From a virus (taxonomy: Duplodnaviria; Caudoviricetes): a stretch of 27,953 bases of DNA. Positions 25,441-27,953 of this stretch are shown here, piece after piece. Where the stretch lies: positions 1-27,953 of IMG/VR virus record IMGVR_UViG_3300035183_000072. One strand, 5' to 3'. The translations under genes were made by a program, and so were the position numbers. Numbering within the stretch: the first letter of the stretch is position 1; each line of letters starts with the position of its first letter. The notes under the pieces are model-generated. The model did no database searches, was not told the DNA's origin, and saw only the letters and a list, made by a program, of their open reading frames with translations.

Positions 25441-26068
25441 ACCAATCGACTGGGATCCGATTGAAGTCGAGTACCGGATGGGGCGGCTCACGTTGGCCGC
25501 TCTGGAGGCGAAATATGGTGTCTCGGCCACGAACATCAGTCGCCACATGCGCAAGAACGGGATCGTGCGCGACCTGACGGACTCGGTAAGGCTCGCGACG
25601 CGGGCGAAGATCATCGAACGCGAGTACAACAGGCGGCTGGAGAGTGCAACAGGGTTCGCGAAGAACGCGGTCGAGGCGGCGGCGGAAGTCGTGGCGGACG
25701 TGGTCGAGCGTCACAAGTCTTCGATGCTGCAACTGCGGGAAATTTGGACGACGCTTGTCAGCGAGTTGATGAGTCTGTCGGTCGCGAAGCGGAAAGGGCT
25801 CACGAAGGAGCGGTTGATCCAGATCGGGGCGGACGCTGGACTCGACGAAGAGGAAGTACGCGCAGCAGTCGAGGCGGCGACGATGCAGTCGAGGATCGGT
25901 GCGGTGGACAAGCTCGCGAACGTGCTTGCGAAACTCGTACCACTGGAAAGAAAGACGTACGGGTTGGACGAAGACGGCGCAGAAAACGAGTGGGAGACGA
26001 AATGGAGATTGCTCGCCGAACAGTACGACGCGGAGTTGACGCAATCCACGCAGGGATCGCAAGGGTGA
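25403..26068 (+). CDS. terS: Terminase small subunit
   Basis: N-terminal HTH (DWDPIEVEYRMG.....L...YGVS..NI), helical body, LERK.YGLD; upstream of terL. Confidence 0.75.
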   Translation: MAQQKPKHRPGRRPIDWDPIEVEYRMGRLTLAALEAKYGVSATNISRHMRKNGIVRDLTDSVRLATRAKIIEREYNRRLESATGFAKNAVEAAAEVVADVVERHKSSMLQLREIWTTLVSELMSLSVAKRKGLTKERLIQIGADAGLDEEEVRAAVEAATMQSRIGAVDKLANVLAKLVPLERKTYGLDEDGAENEWETKWRLLAEQYDAELTQSTQGSQG

Positions 26069-26187
26069 ACCTTGCGAACGACCTGTTCGACGCTCCGCTG
26101 AAACGTCGTAGTCACTTGCCAGACGCGGTTGCAGTCGCGGTCGCAGCGTTCTTGGCCGTGATGCTTTGGTGGGCGTTGTGCATCTGA
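26065..26187 (+). CDS. 40-aa protein with a C-terminal TM helix
   Basis: GTGA coupling with terS; hydrophobic tail. Confidence 0.45.
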   Translation: MNLANDLFDAPLKRRSHLPDAVAVAVAAFLAVMLWWALCI

Positions 26188-26588
26188 CGTGCCTTGCTCT
26201 TGTTGTCGTGCTACATGCGGCGGTGATCTTGGCGTTGCTTTGGAACCCTGTTGAGACCGTGCAGCAGAAGAAGAGGGTGCAACAGGTCGCAATCATCGAT
26301 GGAACCGACCTGAAGTTCGCCGTTGCAGGCGGCAGAGGGCTCGGTTGCGATGAAAGCTACTTCGGCGTAGGCCTCAAGGTGCGGTGGGACGGGACGGTGA
26401 TCGAGGTAGCTCCCGGCGGGCCCGCTGAGAAGGCAGGGATCGTTGTCGGCGACGTAATACACAAGCCTTGGTACGACGAGTACGAGGGTGGGCTGTACGT
26501 CGTGCGTGTAGTCCGTGGAAACGAAACGGTGCGTTTCAAAATGAAGCGCGAACGAATCTGTTTGGTGGCGAATGGACGGGCCGGGTGA
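26178..26588 (+). CDS. Membrane-anchored PDZ-domain protein
   Basis: N-terminal TM; YFGVGL loop; V.EV.PGGPAEKAGI..GDVI. Confidence 0.8.
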   Translation: MHLTCLALVVVLHAAVILALLWNPVETVQQKKRVQQVAIIDGTDLKFAVAGGRGLGCDESYFGVGLKVRWDGTVIEVAPGGPAEKAGIVVGDVIHKPWYDEYEGGLYVVRVVRGNETVRFKMKRERICLVANGRAG

Positions 26589-27953
26589 ACGTGTGACACT
26601 TGACACCGCCGACGTCGTAGGGCGCGGTGCGAAGGACTACCGGTTCTACGCGTACGTTTTCCAGCGTGTGCTTTCGAAGAACGGCGAGCTTGTGCCGTTC
26701 AAGCTCAACCGGGCCCAGTTGCACGTCCACGAGTTGATCGAGCGTCAACTGAAAGAAAAGGGGTGGGTCCGCGCGATCATCCTGAAGGGTCGGCAGCAGG
26801 GCATCTCGACTTACATTCAAGGCCGACTCAACTGGCGGTTGAAGCACCGCGCGGGGGCCAAAGCGTACGTCGTAGCTCACGAGCAGCGGGCGAGCGACAA
26901 CCTGTACGCGATGGCGATCAGGTTCCACGAGCACACGCCGCCGGAGTTTCGTCCGTCGACTGGTGCTGCGAACGCGAAGGAGCTTTGGTTCGATTTGCTC
27001 GACAGTCGGTATGAAGTGGCGACTGCGGGAACTCGAGAGACTGGGCGGTCGGGGACGGCGCAGTACCTGCACGCGTCAGAGTACGCGTACTGGCCGACGC
27101 CAGAAGCGCACTGGGCTGGCCTCGGGCAGACGGTGCCGCTGTTGCCGAATACCGAAGTGATCGTCGAGTCGACTGCGAACGGCGTGAACAATGATTTCTA
27201 TCGCAGGTGGAAGGCGGCGATCAACGGGACGAGCGACTACTTGCCGATCTTTATCCCGTGGTTCTGGCAGACGGAGTACACGCTCCCGGTGCCGGACGGT
27301 TGGACGCGGACGCCAGAGGAGGACCAGCTTATCGAGGTCTACGGCGACAAGGGGCTCACTGACGAGCACCTAGTCTGGCGCAGATGGAAAATCGCCAACG
27401 ACTTCGACGGCGACGTCAACAGGTTCCATTCCGAATACCCGTGCAACTGGCAGGAAGCTTTCGTCTCGGATGTTCGAGATTCGTTCATTCCGGGAAGCTT
27501 GGTCGTGCGTGCGCAGGCGATGCAATCCGTCGTGCCGTCGGGCCCGATGGTCGTAGGCGTAGACCCTGCGCGGTACGGTGACGACCGGACTGCAATCGTG
27601 GTCCGTCAAGGCCGCAAGGTCAGGGCGGTCAAGACGTACTCGAAGCGGGGGACGATGGAAGTTGCTGGCATCGTGGCCCGGTTCATCGAGGCGCACAATC
27701 CTGACGCCGTATTTATCGACGTGATCGGCATCGGCTCAGGCGTGTACGACCGGTTGTGCGAACTCGGGTACGGCGCACAAGATGACGAGTCCAAGAACGT
27801 TGTGTTCGCGGTGAACGCCGCGGAGACTGCAATCGAGAACGACAAGTACGTCAACCGCCGCGCAGAAATGTGGGGCGAGATGAAACGTTGGCTCGAAGAG
27901 TTCCCGTGCTCGCTGCCGCAGTCGGACGAAATCCTCGCAGACCTGACTGCGCC
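26572..27953 (+). CDS. terL: Terminase large subunit, 3'-truncated by the window
   Basis: Open frame from ATG 26572, absent from the ORF track because it has no stop: PFKLNRAQ, IILKGRQQGIST, HASEYAYW, IVESTANG, GVDPARYGDD, IDVIGIGSGV.D. Confidence 0.93.
   Translation, partial: MDGPGERVTLDTADVVGRGAKDYRFYAYVFQRVLSKNGELVPFKLNRAQLHVHELIERQLKEKGWVRAIILKGRQQGISTYIQGRLNWRLKHRAGAKAYVVAHEQRASDNLYAMAIRFHEHTPPEFRPSTGAANAKELWFDLLDSRYEVATAGTRETGRSGTAQYLHASEYAYWPTPEAHWAGLGQTVPLLPNTEVIVESTANGVNNDFYRRWKAAINGTSDYLPIFIPWFWQTEYTLPVPDGWTRTPEEDQLIEVYGDKGLTDEHLVWRRWKIANDFDGDVNRFHSEYPCNWQEAFVSDVRDSFIPGSLVVRAQAMQSVVPSGPMVVGVDPARYGDDRTAIVVRQGRKVRAVKTYSKRGTMEVAGIVARFIEAHNPDAVFIDVIGIGSGVYDRLCELGYGAQDDESKNVVFAVNAAETAIENDKYVNRRAEMWGEMKRWLEEFPCSLPQSDEILADLTA

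Overview
GC-rich segment of a tailed dsDNA phage, probably podovirus-like, infecting a Gram-negative host (it encodes an Rz/Rz1-like spanin pair). Left to right: (1) the 3' part of a giant PLxRFG-motif virion/ejection protein, then an HslV-like Ntn peptidase and an HTH-metallophosphoesterase; (2) a long leftward early operon with ERF, YqaJ exonuclease, SSB, a frameshifted zinc-finger gene, a 147-nt tRNA-like RNA, a 9-aa-repeat protein and a resolvase preceded by an apparently inactive paralog; (3) a divergent promoter region with no repressor or initiator gene, where about 380 nt of densely structured non-coding sequence precedes dnaB; (4) a rightward dnaB/dNMP kinase/ninB/Q-like operon; (5) an inverted cassette with DUF932 and a truncated Nudix; (6) a pR'/tR'-like late promoter, a CAT tRNA with an initiator-type acceptor stem, a lysis cassette, a PagP-like barrel and a one-gene moron; (7) terS, a PDZ membrane protein and terL, which runs off the window. 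The most striking signals are non-coding: the structured element upstream of dnaB with a G6-TA-G7 tract, the tRNA mimic with an expanded anticodon domain, a 22-nt leader motif repeated at two leftward promoters, and an RBS-sequestering hairpin at the end of ssb. All protein assignments come from motif recognition by eye; no searches were run.
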